DNA from: Raillietiella orientalis
Taxonomy: Eukaryota
Assembly: GCA_036172245.1 (NCBI GenBank)
Contig: JAYWIR010000009.1
Span: 4,836,001-4,900,000 of the forward strand
Direction of reading: 5' to 3'
DNA: 64,000 nucleotides
Each line of letters opens with the position of its first letter. Position 1 is the stretch's first letter. Shown piece by piece: positions 13,786 through 26,367 of this stretch. The notes below the pieces were generated by a model. The model saw nothing but the letters and a program-made list of their open reading frames with translations, did not search any database and was not told where the DNA came from. The translations under genes were made by a program, and so were the position numbers.

Positions 13786-15075
13786 TTTCACCGGGAGCCT
13801 GCCGGGTTACCGGTTCGCAGACCGATGAAGACTTCCGTCACAGCAGCAAGGGGATGGGATAAGCAAAAAAGAAAAAGAAGAAAAAATAAAAATAAATAAA
13901 TAAACTTTGGGGAGAGGAGAGGTGCGTCTAGGGGTCACATTCTGCTGGGGGTGGTCTTGTGCTTTCTTTGGAGGATGTTGTTTTCCTCTTGCTGGATGTT
14001 GTTTTCCAGGTGGGGTCATCTCGTTGCCACCTTCATGAATCGGAAGGCGCAGTAGATGTTTCACACTCCTGTCATTCGGTCCTCCCCTTGAGTTGCTCCA
14101 GGCAGCGACGATCTCGCGTAGGCAGCATAAGGGGCTGCTAGCGAGGCTGCCTGCCGAAGGGCGTCGCGAACGAGGAGAGGATGTAAAGCGTCCCTAGAGT
14201 TGTCTCTGGGGGTTCCCAGGGTCGCGACAAAGCGCTCCTAGAGGGGCCGGCGGGCAACACAGTCCACCAGCAGGTGTAGGAGGGATTCCTGCTCCCCGCA
14301 CCTGCCACAGTTACGGTCCACACACCCCGGGTCTAGTGGTGCCGGCGGGAGTTGCGCCGGAAGTCTCAGCGCAATGGCATCACCACCGCCTCCTGCCACC
14401 TTAAGGGAGGCTGAGCCTGTCCGAAAGCACTGGTGGCCACTGCCGTTCTTCCTCCGGAATACCCAGTAGCTCTCTCCAGCGCAAAAGTCCACGAGGTAAT
14501 CCACGAGTCCACGAGTCTGCTCGGGATGGCAGCGTCCGTAAGCTAGCCTGTCATTCACTCACTAAGTCTTTTAGTCCATGTAGAGATCTCCACGGTGACC
14601 TTCCATCTAGCCGCAAGGCTGCTGCTCATGTGTTCCCTCAGGGAGGGCAGCGCTGTGGCACTGGAGGTTGATCCTGCCCACGTACTCTTTAATGGGTGTT
14701 CCAGTATCTCCCGGAGGTCAGCAGTTATGAGAACAGCCCAGCAAGCGCTGTATCTGTGCCTGGAGTGACTCGTTGTGCTGCCCCCACGTGGGGACGGTTC
14801 CCTGTAACCAGGCACCACCGTTCGCGGGGAGACACTAGATCCAGCTGTTCGTCCTGATGAGCTTGGCCACCCGCCGAATCCGCAGTCTGCAGTGGAGGCG
14901 GCTGCGTGCACGGCGCTCAAGGAACGACGCGAGTCCCGCGCTGCCGGTGGCTTGCTGGACGAGGAGGCATGGAGGGTCGCACCAGGTGGCGCTCCACCTT
15001 CTGACCACAAGGGCAAGCATCTGGAACTGGAACCGCAGCTCCATTCGCTCCAGTTTCAGAGGCCGAGGCTACCTT
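13786..15075 (-). mobile_element. 5'-truncated L1/Tx1-like element (ORF2 C-terminus + 3' UTR)
   Basis: ELRFQFQMLALV..WC.P..LLVQQATG is homologous to the 9672-11636 copy. Also CGRCGEQESLLHLLVDC and a 3' UTR hairpin ATCGGTCTGCGAACCGGT. Confidence 0.85.
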
Positions 15076-15084
15076 TTCCGAGGC

Positions 15085-16595
15085 AATCGTGAGCGTTCGA
15101 GGGTACCACGTACAGGAACTGTTGATCTTCTCCACATTCCTGCCCTGTGCCTGCAGGCCCCATCCTTCGGAGATGCGCCGGCAGCGAAGAACCACCCTGG
15201 TTGCTGCGCAGAGCCCTCTGCAGGATGCAAGGACTCCGCTCCCTCCCGGGGCAACTCACTTCTCTCCTGGAGGCCCAGCCGTGGATCTCCTGCCGCCCGA
15301 TAAACGTCAATGCCGGAGGCAGATTCCTGGACTGCAGCCCGGAGGATCTTTGTCCCCTGCCGTACTTCTGATCGCGACCTCTGGAAGTGGCGATGCAGGA
15401 CGCGGCAAAGTGGTTGATATTGGACGCAGCGCTGTCTATCCTTAGGGGAAGCGGAGAGAGCTGCCCGCCGGCGAGCTGAGTTCTCCTGCGCCATCGCAGG
15501 GAAAAGGACTGGAACCTCCTTGGCGGTGGGGAGATGAGCGAGCTGGCCGACGCTGTTGCTCCGCGCGACCCGGCGACGGGACTCCTTCGGCGATGCCAAC
15601 TTCTGGGTGTCTCTTCCGAGGAACTTGTGGTCCCTGCGCGCACTTCTGTGCTCCCGCTCTCCCAGAAGCAGTGCTCCTTCTGCGCTGGGGATTCCGAGAG
15701 CCGGCTCCCTCGTTGCCCAGGGGGGAAGGGTTGCATTCCCTAACTGTGCCAGGTGCGGGACAGCAGAGTCGATCCCGCCTCACCTGCTCTTGGACTGCGA
15801 TGACCTCCAGGAACCGTGGCGAAGGCTGGCGTCAGTGCTGCTGCACCGGGAGAACATCACCCGCTGGGGTCTGCTGCGGCGGTTCTTCGCGCCGGGAGGA
15901 CTTTCGACGGGATCGCAACATCTGCACCATCGCCACGTGCTCGAGACGATAAAGTGGAGCAAGGAGGTCACCATGGTGGCAGTCGTCTACGTGAGGACGG
16001 CAGCAAGGTGACTATTCATCTGCAAGATGACCTTTCCGCACTTATTGATGGACAATGTCGCCCTTTGAGATTGATTCTCGTTGATCCTCAAAATCCCTGT
16101 AGGCGACCTCAAGAATATTTTCTGGCGCCTCTTCAAGCGTGACGTCCTGCCTCCAGCCTCATCTCCAGCAGTGCTCTGCTGGGTATGCGAAAAAGTGGCA
16201 ACCTGGAACGCCAGAAAAAGGGGTCACAATAGCAGGGATACCATCCACTGGGAGGGAATCTTCCTGAAGACCGCTTCCCGATGGTCCCAACTGCAACCAA
16301 AGAACGCAGAACTTGTCAGCATCCTGAAGAGGATGCAAGGGACGTGTCCAGACGAACAGTGTTCCCTTTCCCACCCCCTTTTCCTCGAGCCCCCCTCCCC
16401 CTTTTTTTGTCTTTTTGTTTGGTTTCCCCTCCCCCTTTGTCACTGGAGCGGACCTCACTGGTCTGCGTACCGACTTTTGGCAAGTCCTTTGCGCGTGGTA
16501 GAACAACTCGTTGGTTCTACCACGATTTTGTGAACATCACGACTTTTATTATAATTTTTTTTAAAATAAATGCCTTGGAAAATTCGGGTGATAAA
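15085..16595 (+). mobile_element. L1/Tx1-like element 3' portion (probably a composite of two fragments)
   Basis: zf-RVT CARCGTAESIPPHLLLDC. 16080-16595 closely resembles 13230-13765, including the 3' UTR hairpins and the GGGTGATAAA end. Confidence 0.8.
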
Positions 16596-16699
16596 CCAGC
16601 AAGAAGACGTGAAGGAGGAGATCGACGGCGTCCAGAGCCGTTGTTGAAAGTAAGGAACGAAGGCCGACAGAGGTGACCTTTATCCCCGGCCTCCGTTGG

Positions 16700-17001
16700 A
16701 ATTCTTTTTTTTCTTTTTGTTTTTTACTGCACACTCCCTTTCGCTCCGTACCTTTCCTGGTTTTCACAGGTCGATCCCGCTGTGTACGGAGCGACACCAA
16801 AGACCCTCACCCCACTCCGCCGGATTCTCTCATTTTTTTTTTTTCTTTGCCTCCCCTTTCCCCTCCCGTTCCGGACTTTCCAATATTCCGACCTGCGTGT
16901 CGGTGGGCCCTCCTCCCTTTGTCCTCGGCTGGGAGCCAGCGTGTTCCCGACTGGTTCAATTTTGCGGAACGAACGTCCCCGGGTGTGACCGGGTGAAAAA
17001 A
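16700..17001 (+). mobile_element. 3'-UTR-only copy of the L1/Tx1-like family
   Basis: Pyrimidine tract, hairpin CCGAC-CTGCGT-GTCGG, and terminal AACGTCCCCGGGTGTGACCGGGTGAAAAAA. Confidence 0.65.
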
Positions 17002-17880
17002 TCTCCACTGCTTTCAGGTCGGGACGGCCCATCACCAGCCTCGCCCCCTTCCTAATTCTAGGACTTGATCCTGGAGCACGGATTCGCCACCCGAACCTCC
17101 GTCTGCTCCGAAAAGCAGCCGCCATATCAACCTGCCGACCATTTTTGCCCTCGGGAGCGCAAACCCTGATCCATTCTCGCGTCCCTCTTGTCTGCCGACG
17201 CGGCGAACGCAACCGCCCGCAGCCTCCAAGGAACAGTGGCGGCACGGAGCGCCTCCGAAAGAGGACAGACAGCACGGCAGGGACGACGACGCCCGTGGCG
17301 TCACGATCGTCTCCTCGAGGAAAACAGCGAGACGGTGGCTCCATCTGGTGGAATTGAGGGAGGAGTTTGTCAGCGTCCTACCGAGGAGAATCGAGAAGAA
17401 TGCTGGCCGCTCTCCCCCTCCCTCTTCTCCCAAGTAGACATCCATATTTTCCTTTTTTTTTATTTCACCTCTCTATCTCTGGCCAGCTGGCCTGTTTTCC
17501 TCTGGCTACTACGGAACCCCTGTACCTGAGACCCAGTGACCTGCTCTGCACCTACTATCCGTCCCACTTATTTTTTGTATGCTCGTTTGCGAGGATTTGC
17601 AGCAGTCACCTCGGCGCGATCAGTAGCAAGCGACCCCCACCCCATTTCATCATACTCCACCTCCCATATCACCCTCGTACGCGCAGACTTTTGCGGAGAC
17701 GAGAATTTCCGGGAGCTGCTTCCTCGGAGATCCTCCCAATAGAAAAGCTCTTAGCACATTCAAACTCGCAGAAAAAAAAAAAAAAGGAAAAATTCTATTC
17801 GTTCTTTCCATTTGTTTTCGCCTCCATGACAGAATCGACCCCAAATTCAGCTTCTCCATACCTCTATCGCGCCGGGGAAG

Positions 17881-18260
17881 TTTTTTACTCGGTCACGCCG
17901 CAGTGTTTGTTTTCTAAAAAAATAAACCAGTTGGGAACAAAGTTTCCAACCGACGGCAACCAGAAACGAAAGGGAGGGTCCACGGGCACGCAGTCCAGGA
18001 CAACAGAGTTCCTACGGGGAAGGGACACGAGGGCAACAAAAATAAACAAACTGGGTGGGAAGGGGCAGGGGTCTTTGGTTTCGCTCCGTGTGCACCGGGA
18101 TAAAAACAAAAAGCACCAAGAAAGTGACGGAGCGAATGGAGGTGGGGAATAAGAGAAAAATTAAAAAATAAAGGGAGGGAAGGGACACGGATCATCGAGT
18201 CCGTGGTTCCAAACCATCCATCAACCGGCGGTGGATGCCGGCGATCTCCTCCTTGGACCT
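17881..18260 (-). mobile_element. 3'-end fragment of the L1/Tx1-like family
   Basis: Reverse complement has a pyrimidine tract, the hairpin CGGTTGGAAAC-TTT-GTTCCCAACTG and terminal AAACAAACACTGCGGCGTGACCGAGTAAAAAA. Confidence 0.65.
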
Positions 18261-18279
18261 CTTCCAGGTGGAAATAACT

Positions 18280-21200
18280 CTTTGAAAATAACGTTCGTAC
18301 CAACATGTTCTACCCACCGACTTTTCTATCGAGTGATGGGCAACTATTCATTGACTACGACCCTCCACGGGAGTGCCCTTGTCCTATTCCAGACTGCGCG
18401 TTCGTGTGCACAGCGGCCCTCACTAAGAACCGCAATAGGAACCTCAAGGGGCACCTAGCCCGCATCCACTGGGTGGTTATCGATGCTCCTCGATACTTTT
18501 GCCCCAAATGCATCGTCTACGACGGCAATCACCGAGTCTTCTCTCCTCATGTCTGCCGGCCTCGTGATCTCCCACGCCCATCCATTCCACCTGCACTACG
18601 TGCCCGTTACTCGCAATGCCGTGCATCATTTGATAGACCTCACCCCTTAAGGCAGCATATCAACTGGCAACATGCAAAAACCGATCCCAAAGGCGGAGCC
18701 TTCGAAGCTCTGCAGGACATTACGGAGGATTCATCAATCGGTACCAGTCCTCAGCCGGTGACCTCCGTCGCCCGCCTCTGCACGACACAGATGGATGTCT
18801 GGAGAGACGTGGATGCCACCAAGGAAGCAGACCAGCCACTGGAGGCGATCCTCTGCACCCCAAGTGCACTGCGACGCTCAGCCAGCATAAGCAGCCCAGC
18901 ACTCCTGGAAGGCTCCCATTGCCGGAAACACCATGTCGGCAGCCCACCAAACGGCCGCCTATACGTTCCCTCGTGGGTGACGACTTTCCCCCGCTGCCAA
19001 GCTCACCCTTGCATGCCACACCGGCGGACTCAAGCTCCTGCCTCCTAGTGCTTCCGTCCATTCCGGCGACATATCTGGATGATCCGCGCCTCAGAGCTGA
19101 GCCTATGGTACGACTATCTCCATTACCCCAGGCTGATATTGAGCGGTTGTTACACGACAGTCCAGAGCCGAGCGGACCGCTAACCCTGTCTTGCCCATGC
19201 GGCCAGCATGATGCAGGCAGCTCCCATGACTCCGTGCTAACCGTGGCGTCTTCCTCTCAGACTGGAATGGAGTTTTCGACCACTTGTGCCCACCCTGCAC
19301 CGCCAGCGCACCCGGCTTAAGTGCGCTCCTTCGAACCAAAAGGACAAAGGAGGAGACGAGTGGCTCTTCAAATCCCCAAGTTGGATCGCGTCCTAGCCAA
19401 CACTAGACATATACGTGCTAATGTACCCAAAATGCGACCTGAGGCCCAACGGGCCATACCAACTGAGCCTGAGCAGGCTGCGCTGCAAACTGGCTGAGTC
19501 CAGCGCACAGAACAGAATGGGGTCACACAACTCCGAGTGCCATCTCACTCGGTGCTGTCGGAGGATGACGTTCTGGCTGTCTACCTCCCGACTGCCACCA
19601 GCATGCCCTGCCCTCTCCCTGAATGCAGATGGTCCTCCTCTGCTATGGTATCCAAAAACGTCCTAGGATTGCTTCGGCGACACATCCAGAGCGCGCACTG
19701 GATTCCGATCAAGGGAACCTACTTGATCTGCAGGCAGTGAGGCAAGAACTTAACTCCTCCTCTGTGGCGGCATCGTTGTGGTCCCAAACCTCTTCGACCC
19801 TTTGAGGTACTTGCTCCACTTGTCTGCTCAGCTCCCAGCTGCGGCCAACTCTTCCATAACCATAAGGCGCTTTCCAGCCACCGTAGGTGGCATGATGCGC
19901 TGGGCAGACAGCAGCGCATGTGCGGCAGCCAGCCAACGTTTCTCCCGCGCGCTGATAGAGGCGCGCGGCCTCGGTCAGACTACCGTGAGGACGGCGCGCG
20001 CAGCCAGCTGCGGCTTCCCACAGGTAGGCCAGCAGACCCACAAAGGGGGCCGCGCGACGTTACAGACTCGGTTCTGCTACCAAGATCGGCGCATACGCAA
20101 CTGTCTGTCCCGTCGGTCCCCTCCCCACCTCTTGAGCAGCAGTGGAAGACAGTGCGAGCGCGTAGCCACCGAATGAGCGATGCGAACCACCCACAGGCCA
20201 CGCGTACTCGGGCCCTCCACCCTCAGAGCGGGGAATCTGAACAGGGGCAAGGACCACCTCCCGTCCCTGGATCCCGATGAGCCCTGCTCGTTGATGCAAG
20301 CGAGCTCGACCCTCTGGAGCATGTAGCTCCTAGTCATCCCCGGACGAGTACGCGTGCGGCCACCGCTTCTCGGCCTTTTGCCTAAGATCAAAGTGCAAGG
20401 GCGCCGCCGAGGACAACGTTGTTCGATAGTCCGCAACGCGCTGAGTCCTCCCTTGCTTTCCTTGACGAGGCTACCGCAACTCTAGAGGACTTAGCTCAGC
20501 GTCTTCTGACCATTGATAATTGGGGGCTATGCGGACTCTCTTCTCCATCTACACGGCCACTCAACACACGCTTCGCCTCCGCCCCTTCTCCCCTCAATCG
20601 AGTGCCATCCTCCCCCAATCGATTACTCCGAAGGCTATTCAGCACCTATATAGGCGGAACGGAGACTTGCGATTAGGTTTATCCTCCACGGGACACCCAT
20701 GCGGTGCAGGGCGGACCCTGAGAGAATCCATACGCACTTCTCCAAGCTTTTCAATCCCTCCTGCCTTCAGGCCGTTCCCTTGGGACTTCGGGATAGCTGC
20801 TGAGCAAGACGGTGTGAGCAGGTCCCCTTTCATCCCGCAGGAGATTGTGAGCTGCCTCAGACTCTGTGAGGACACAACTCCTGGATAGGATGGTCTAACG
20901 TGCTTTGCCTTTCGCAAGGTGGATCCCGAGGCACGCATGTTATGCGCCGTCTTTAACCTCTGCCTGGTACACTGGAGCATCCCTGCCGAATGGAAGAACT
21001 CCAGGACCACACTCACCCCCAAAGGCTCGGTCCAGGATCCTGAAGACCTAGCGCAGTTCCACCCAATTGTGATCAGCAGCACGATTGGCAATATGTTTAT
21101 CAAATTCATGGCCAGGCGCATGCGAGATTCGATTCACTGGAACGCGGTTACAGGTTCGCATCAAAAGGGATTTCTCCCTTTCGATGGGATGCTAGAGCAT

Positions 21201-23200
21201 AACTTCATGCTCGCGTACCTCAAGGAATATAGCCGGAGGCAGCATCACACACTCTGTGCGGCGTGGATAGATCTAAAGGATGCCTACTCCTCGATTCCCC
21301 ACACGCAGCTTGTGCGCTCCAGTGTGCCGGAGCAGGTGACATTTCTGTGGAACTGATCTGCGACATGTATACAGCCAAAAACACCCAGGTTTTGACCTCT
21401 ACCGGGTTCTTTCCGCCCACATACATCTTCCGTGAGGTGAAGCAGGGTTGTGCTCTCTGGGCTATTGTTCGATGCCAGGGCATTAGGACAAAAGTGCCCG
21501 TAGTGACAGTGCTAGCTTATGCGGACGACCTGGTTGTCTTAATACAGGACGCCGAGAGTTTGCAAGTAACCCTTAACTACACATGCTGGATCTCTGAACG
21601 TTTAGAGTTTACGATAAATGCCAGAAAATGTTCCTAATTCCACTACGATCCGTCCACTCCAGAACAGTCAGCCAGATGCCTTTTGAGATCGCTAGCGATC
21701 CCATACCCGCCCTCACCGACACTGGCACATACAACTATCTCGGGAAGCCTGAGGACTTCGATGCCATTCGGAGCGATGCTCTCGACACCGAGATACTGAA
21801 CGATGTGTTCAAAGTGTTAGATGCACCACTGGCACCCTGGCAGAAGAACGATGCCCTGAAGACATTTGTCTTACCCTCCTTTGTCCCTTCGAATGGGCTC
21901 TAAATCCAAGACTTTCTGGAGTGGGATTGACAACATCCTCAGGAACGCGCTCAAAGAGGATATTCTCCCGCTGACGCAAGCCTCCTCGATGGAGTATCTG
22001 TTCGGATCTGTGGCCCGAGGATCCCTGGGCATGCTGATCCTAGCGGAGGAAGCCGATATCATGGCCACCGACTCCGCGTTTAAACTCTTAATTTGCTCTG
22101 ACCCGGTTATTCGTCAGTTCGCCAGAGACTTCCTGAATGAGGCCGTCCGGGAAAAAGTGCGACAACAGCCAGATGCACAACTCGTCTCAGCATATCTAAG
22201 AGGGGACCTCGCTCCACCCCTGCATCGCCCAACAGGGGATCCTGCAAACTTTGGTCCCGTGTCCGGTAAGCCTCGAAGAGACTTGGCATTCAATGGAACT
22301 ACTCCCACAGTGCAGTGACGATCCCCTCACCAATCGGACTCTTTGCGAGAGCGATCGGAAGGTTGTGGCCCACACCATACGTAGGGTTAGGCGCCTCCAC
22401 TAAGTCGGACTCCACGTGCGAAGCCTGATGAAGACCGCACGATCGATTGCGTGATGCTCCGCCCTGCGTCCATATGCTTCCTGGAGCGCAGTGAGCTATT
22501 ACACTTCAGTGACTGGCGGTTCATACACCGCGCCAGACTGAACCAATTGACACTGAATGGCAATGTTAAGCACTCAGACTTTCATGAGGCTGCCAGCATC
22601 CAAAGGAGACATTGGTCCATGTACTTTGCCATTGCCTCCACCGCTAGGATCTGGGTACTAGGATAGCGGACAGACACAATTCGGTAATTCACCACTGGAG
22701 GCTGTTGGTAGTGATCACTGAACCGGAAATGAAACAGAAATGAGTGATGATGATCCTTGAGGTGAACGCCCCTTAATAAATGGCCACAGCTGGCAATCGA
22801 CCGTTCCGATCCCGAAATCAACAGTGCTCTCCGCCCAGACCTGGTGGCTTCCGATGGGCAGCGTGTCCTCATCACCAATGTAACGATCCCGTATGAAAAC
22901 CGAAAGGCGTCCCTCGACGCTGCTAGGACCAGGAAGATCACCAAATACCAACTCGTGAAGCAGGACTACGAGGCACAGGGCTTCCCAGTCAAAATAGATG
23001 CGCTCGTTATTGGGTCGCTGGGAAGTTGGCACCCCAATAACGCTGCGGTCCTGAGCTTTCTCGACCTGAGAAATCGCACAATGAAGGCGGTTCGCCCTGT
23101 CATGATCTCAGTGATCCGAGAGGCCCGCGATATCTACTTCGACCACGTCTCCAGCCGACCCTCTGGACTCTCTAGGGAACCAAATAGTGCCAGCAGACAC
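18280..23200 (+). mobile_element. Decayed RLE-type non-LTR retrotransposon (NeSL/Utopia-like, R2 superfamily)
   Basis: N-terminal Cys/His fingers (CPCPIPDC..HLARIH..CPKC; CPLPEC..RHIQSAH). RT motifs: PG*DG, IPAEWK, HQKGFLPFDGMLEHNF, WIDLKDAYSSIPH, VKQGC, LAYADDLV, YNYLG. Then LAPWQKND, DWRFIHRARLN and the restriction-like endonuclease RPDLV..NVTIPYENR..AR..K..KY..VIGSLGSW. Many stops and frameshifts; 19780-20360 looks like a foreign minus-strand insert. Confidence 0.9.
20362..20395 (+). pseudogene. U2 snRNA 5' fragment (nt 1-34)
   Basis: ACCGCTTCTCGGCCTTTTGCCTAAGATCAAAGTG, 2 mismatches to the U2 5' end. Confidence 0.9.
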
Positions 23201-23239
23201 TCGGATCCTTTCCTCCAACTGCAAGCCTCCTTGTGCGAG

Positions 23240-25526
23240 GACCTTATCTCTTTGTAACTTTCACCTGCAACTGTTGTTCGATACCCTCTCTGAGGATCAT
23301 TTTGTAACAGTGCGTGGAAATAAAAGCCACCTTGCAGCCGTCTTCATGTAGGTGGCTGCCATCCTGGTGACTTCCCTTCACTGTGTGGTCGTTTCGAGCA
23401 CAGGGACGGGCCCTATCGATGGCACAGATGCAACCCATGGTCGCAATAGCAGCGCCCATCGAGAGGCTTCTCAGCGTGCTGAACCGCCACAGCATGTCTC
23501 GGGTGGTGTCCTCCTGGTGCAGGAGCGCTGTTGCCAGCCTCCGCCACAGTTCCCAGAGGGCAATGCAGTCCAAGAGCCGGTGCGAGATCGACTCCGTCGA
23601 CCCGCACCTGGCACAGTGCGGGGATGCAACGGAAAGCGCACCTGGCAGCGAGAAACCTGGCTGGAAGACGCACGCGTTGATGAATGCTGCCACTCCACGT
23701 GCTGAGGCGACAAGACGCTTTCGGTGGGTGAACTTTGGAGTGTTAACCTCGAAGAACTTGTGGTTCCTCTCCATTCCTTATACACTTCGGTGTTTTCGCT
23801 CCCTGGAAACAGGACTTGCTGCTGTTCATCCACTGGGAATTCCAGTGCAACGAGCGGCGACACCGAGTTTCCGCCAGGAGTACGACAGGGGGGCAACACT
23901 CAAGAGTTCGCCCCACCGAAGGAATCCCTTCGCCACTGAACGCGGAGTGGCAGCATCCACCAACTCACTCTTATAGGCACCGAGGAGTTTTGTTTTTCCC
24001 GCTATGGTGCAGGAAAACTCCGACTTCGCTGGTTGGCTACTGTCGTCTCTTGCCCTGAGGGCAGGCAGCGCTGCGGCAACGGTCGAAAACTTCACCGCGT
24101 CCTGCATCACCACTTCCAGAGGTTGTGGCAACAGATGTCGCAGGGAGTGAAGATCTTCAGGGCGCATTCCTAGGAATGCAGTCCAGGATTCAACGGCTTC
24201 CTGCTGCCAGAGCTGAAGTTCGTTGGGAGGCAGAAGATCCACGGATGGACTTCCACTAGAAAGGCGAATTGCCTCAGGGGAAGCCGAACCCCTGCATCCT
24301 GTAAACGAGCTCGGCAGCAATCTTTTGCTGCCGGCCATCTCTGCAGGATGATGCATGCGGGCGCACACAACGGGGGTGTCCACAGCTGTGCCGGGACAGT
24401 CGTACCTCTCCTTACCACACCTTCCTTCTCAGATCACCACAGTTCGTAGGCGCAGGGCGTTGGTCGCAACGCTTGCCTCCCTCAGAGTCTTAGTGGAGGG
24501 CGAGCCACTAGAAAACGACCCTGCCACATTTCGCCACAGAGTCAGACTCGAGACGGGAGCGTTTAAAGTCCCATCCTGTGTTTTTAGGTTGAACTGTTGG
24601 TCGCCATGCCGATCGCATCCGCTGACGTCAGGACGCTCCGTGCCGGTTCCCGGAGCACGCTTTCTCGAAAGCAGTCTTGCCCTGATCGAGGAAAGTTTTG
24701 TTTAGAAATATTCTTGCTGGTGGTGCCCTCCAGGACTTGCTGCTTCGCAGCATTGAGAAGTTTCCCTAAGCTCACGGGTGTTGACTACCATTGCCAGCCC
24801 TCGCATCCTTTGAGCGGCGGAAGCTTGCTGAAGATGGCGAGTGAAGGCGCCATGGAGGAAGCTGCAGCATCCCATCCGAATGGTGTCTTGGCCCGTAGCC
24901 AAGCAGTCGCCTCTTCGACTCGGTCACCCACCCCTGCGAGGCTATGGAGCAAAATGATGGCAGTTTCTGCACCTCCGAAACAGCGGGAGGTGGCGGAATA
25001 TGTGGCTCAGCGCTGCTACAGTCCGCTCCTCCTATACAAGGTAAGTCGCCTGGGATCTCGGGCGTGGCAGCGAATACGGAGCGCAAACTTTCGTGGGAAA
25101 CTTCGGAGTTAAGGGGAAATGAAATGAGGATGCAAGCAAAGCAAGCACGGGACCTCTCCTGCATAGACGCTGCCCTCATGCAGCGTCTCTTGAGGATGCT
25201 TCTGAATATCCTCTGAATATTGAGGCACCAAAACGCCTGGGATCTGCACCTTCAATCGCTGAGGGGGATACCGCCAAATATGTCGGACGGGCAGTTTGCC
25301 ACAGTCTCCAACGTCCACGCTCCGGCCCGGGTTTCGAGGCAGGACTAGCTTCGGTCAGGATGGCGGCTGCAGAAAGAGCAACCACCCTCCACATTCTGTA
25401 TTTCGTAGTGGGGACGACATAGGTCGACGAAATACGCGTCTGCCTACAGGCGCGGTAGAAGGCGCGTAGCAGCTGACCACGGCTTTCTACGCGCCTTCCG
25501 CCAGAGCAATACGGTGGGCACCAACA
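23240..25526 (-). mobile_element. L1/Tx1-like fragments (ORF2 C-terminal region), probably composite
   Basis: CARCGSTESISHRLLDC..LWRRLATALLH is homologous to 15700-16000. RCCWCPP near 25520 is homologous to CTCWCVP of the 9672-11636 copy. Confidence 0.7.
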
Positions 25527-25553
25527 GCACCGTACCAATAAATGCTTCGGGGA

Positions 25554-26240
25554 AAAGAACAGTATCCCCGAAGCATTTATTGGTACGGTGCCATCAGCCC
25601 AAGGCAAAGCAAGACTTCTCATGAACCAGAAAATTAAGCCGTTTCAGACCTTATGCGAGCAGCAAATTAATCCCAATCTTCAAGATAACTTGATTATTAC
25701 ATCAGAAGATTTGATCGGATTTTGGAATTTGGTCCTCATCCAGATTAAAGATATCGATGCCCAGTTTTTTGAACTAGAGCAATTGAAGCAGAATGGATGG
25801 AAAGCCTTTACGAATGATGTCCCTGTGAAGGAAGCTGTCAAGTGTAATGTTTCCAAAAAAGCTGTGAAGGTTCCTAAAGCGAATCACTCTCAATCCAAAA
25901 TGTTATTAGAGGCCAAAAGAAAAATGAAGCAGAAGATGCTTGAAAATCCTGTCAGTGATATACAGATTTTGTGATAGTAGGGTTTCCTGTTTACTCATTC
26001 ATAATTAGTATTGTACTTTCCAAACCTGATTCCATTGAGTCTCTCACAGATGAAATCTCTCTACATGTCTGTGGTTCAGCCTCATTGATATTTTGGATAT
26101 CAGTCGATTTAATATTTGTCAAGAAGCAGAATGCACCTTTGTGTGATAATACTGTGCTGTGGTAGCAGAAGCAGTGAGAACTGTGTGTGTGCATTCATAA
26201 GTGTGCACTAATGTGATCAAAGATTTTATTTCTATTTGTT
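25554..26240 (+). pseudogene. 5'-truncated intronless copy of a GKAP-domain (DLGAP/vulcan/mars-like) gene C-terminus plus putative 3' UTR
   Basis: SAQGKARLLMNQKIKPFQTLCEQ..TSEDLIGFWNLVLIQIKDIDAQFFELEQLKQNGWK matches the GKAP C-terminal homology domain. Stop at 25974, no ATG or splice acceptor, AT-rich patch among GC-rich TEs. Confidence 0.8.
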
Positions 26241-26367
26241 AGTGCGGAATTTGAATGTGAGGGGAGGGGAGAAGGGCGTATTTGCAGTTAGCGGGGCGGA
26301 TAAGGGTACCTACGTGAGTGGTGCCCCCAAATAAAGCGTCCGCTGTAGTGAGTCCTATTGATGTGGG

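Noticed and set aside
21993..22003. AGTATCTGTTC matches U2 nt 36-46 inside the RLE element
   Set aside because: Only 11 nt, and it encodes the EYLF part of the conserved ASxEYLxG protein motif; treated as coincidence.
22425..22446. Hammerhead-like CTGATGAAGACC...GATCGA
   Set aside because: Lacks the GAAA core and is in-frame coding sequence (KPDEDRTIDCV ~ KPDQGK motif) of the retrotransposon.
26213..26222. GATCAAAG resembling U2
   Set aside because: 8-nt match only; the upstream U2 stem is absent.
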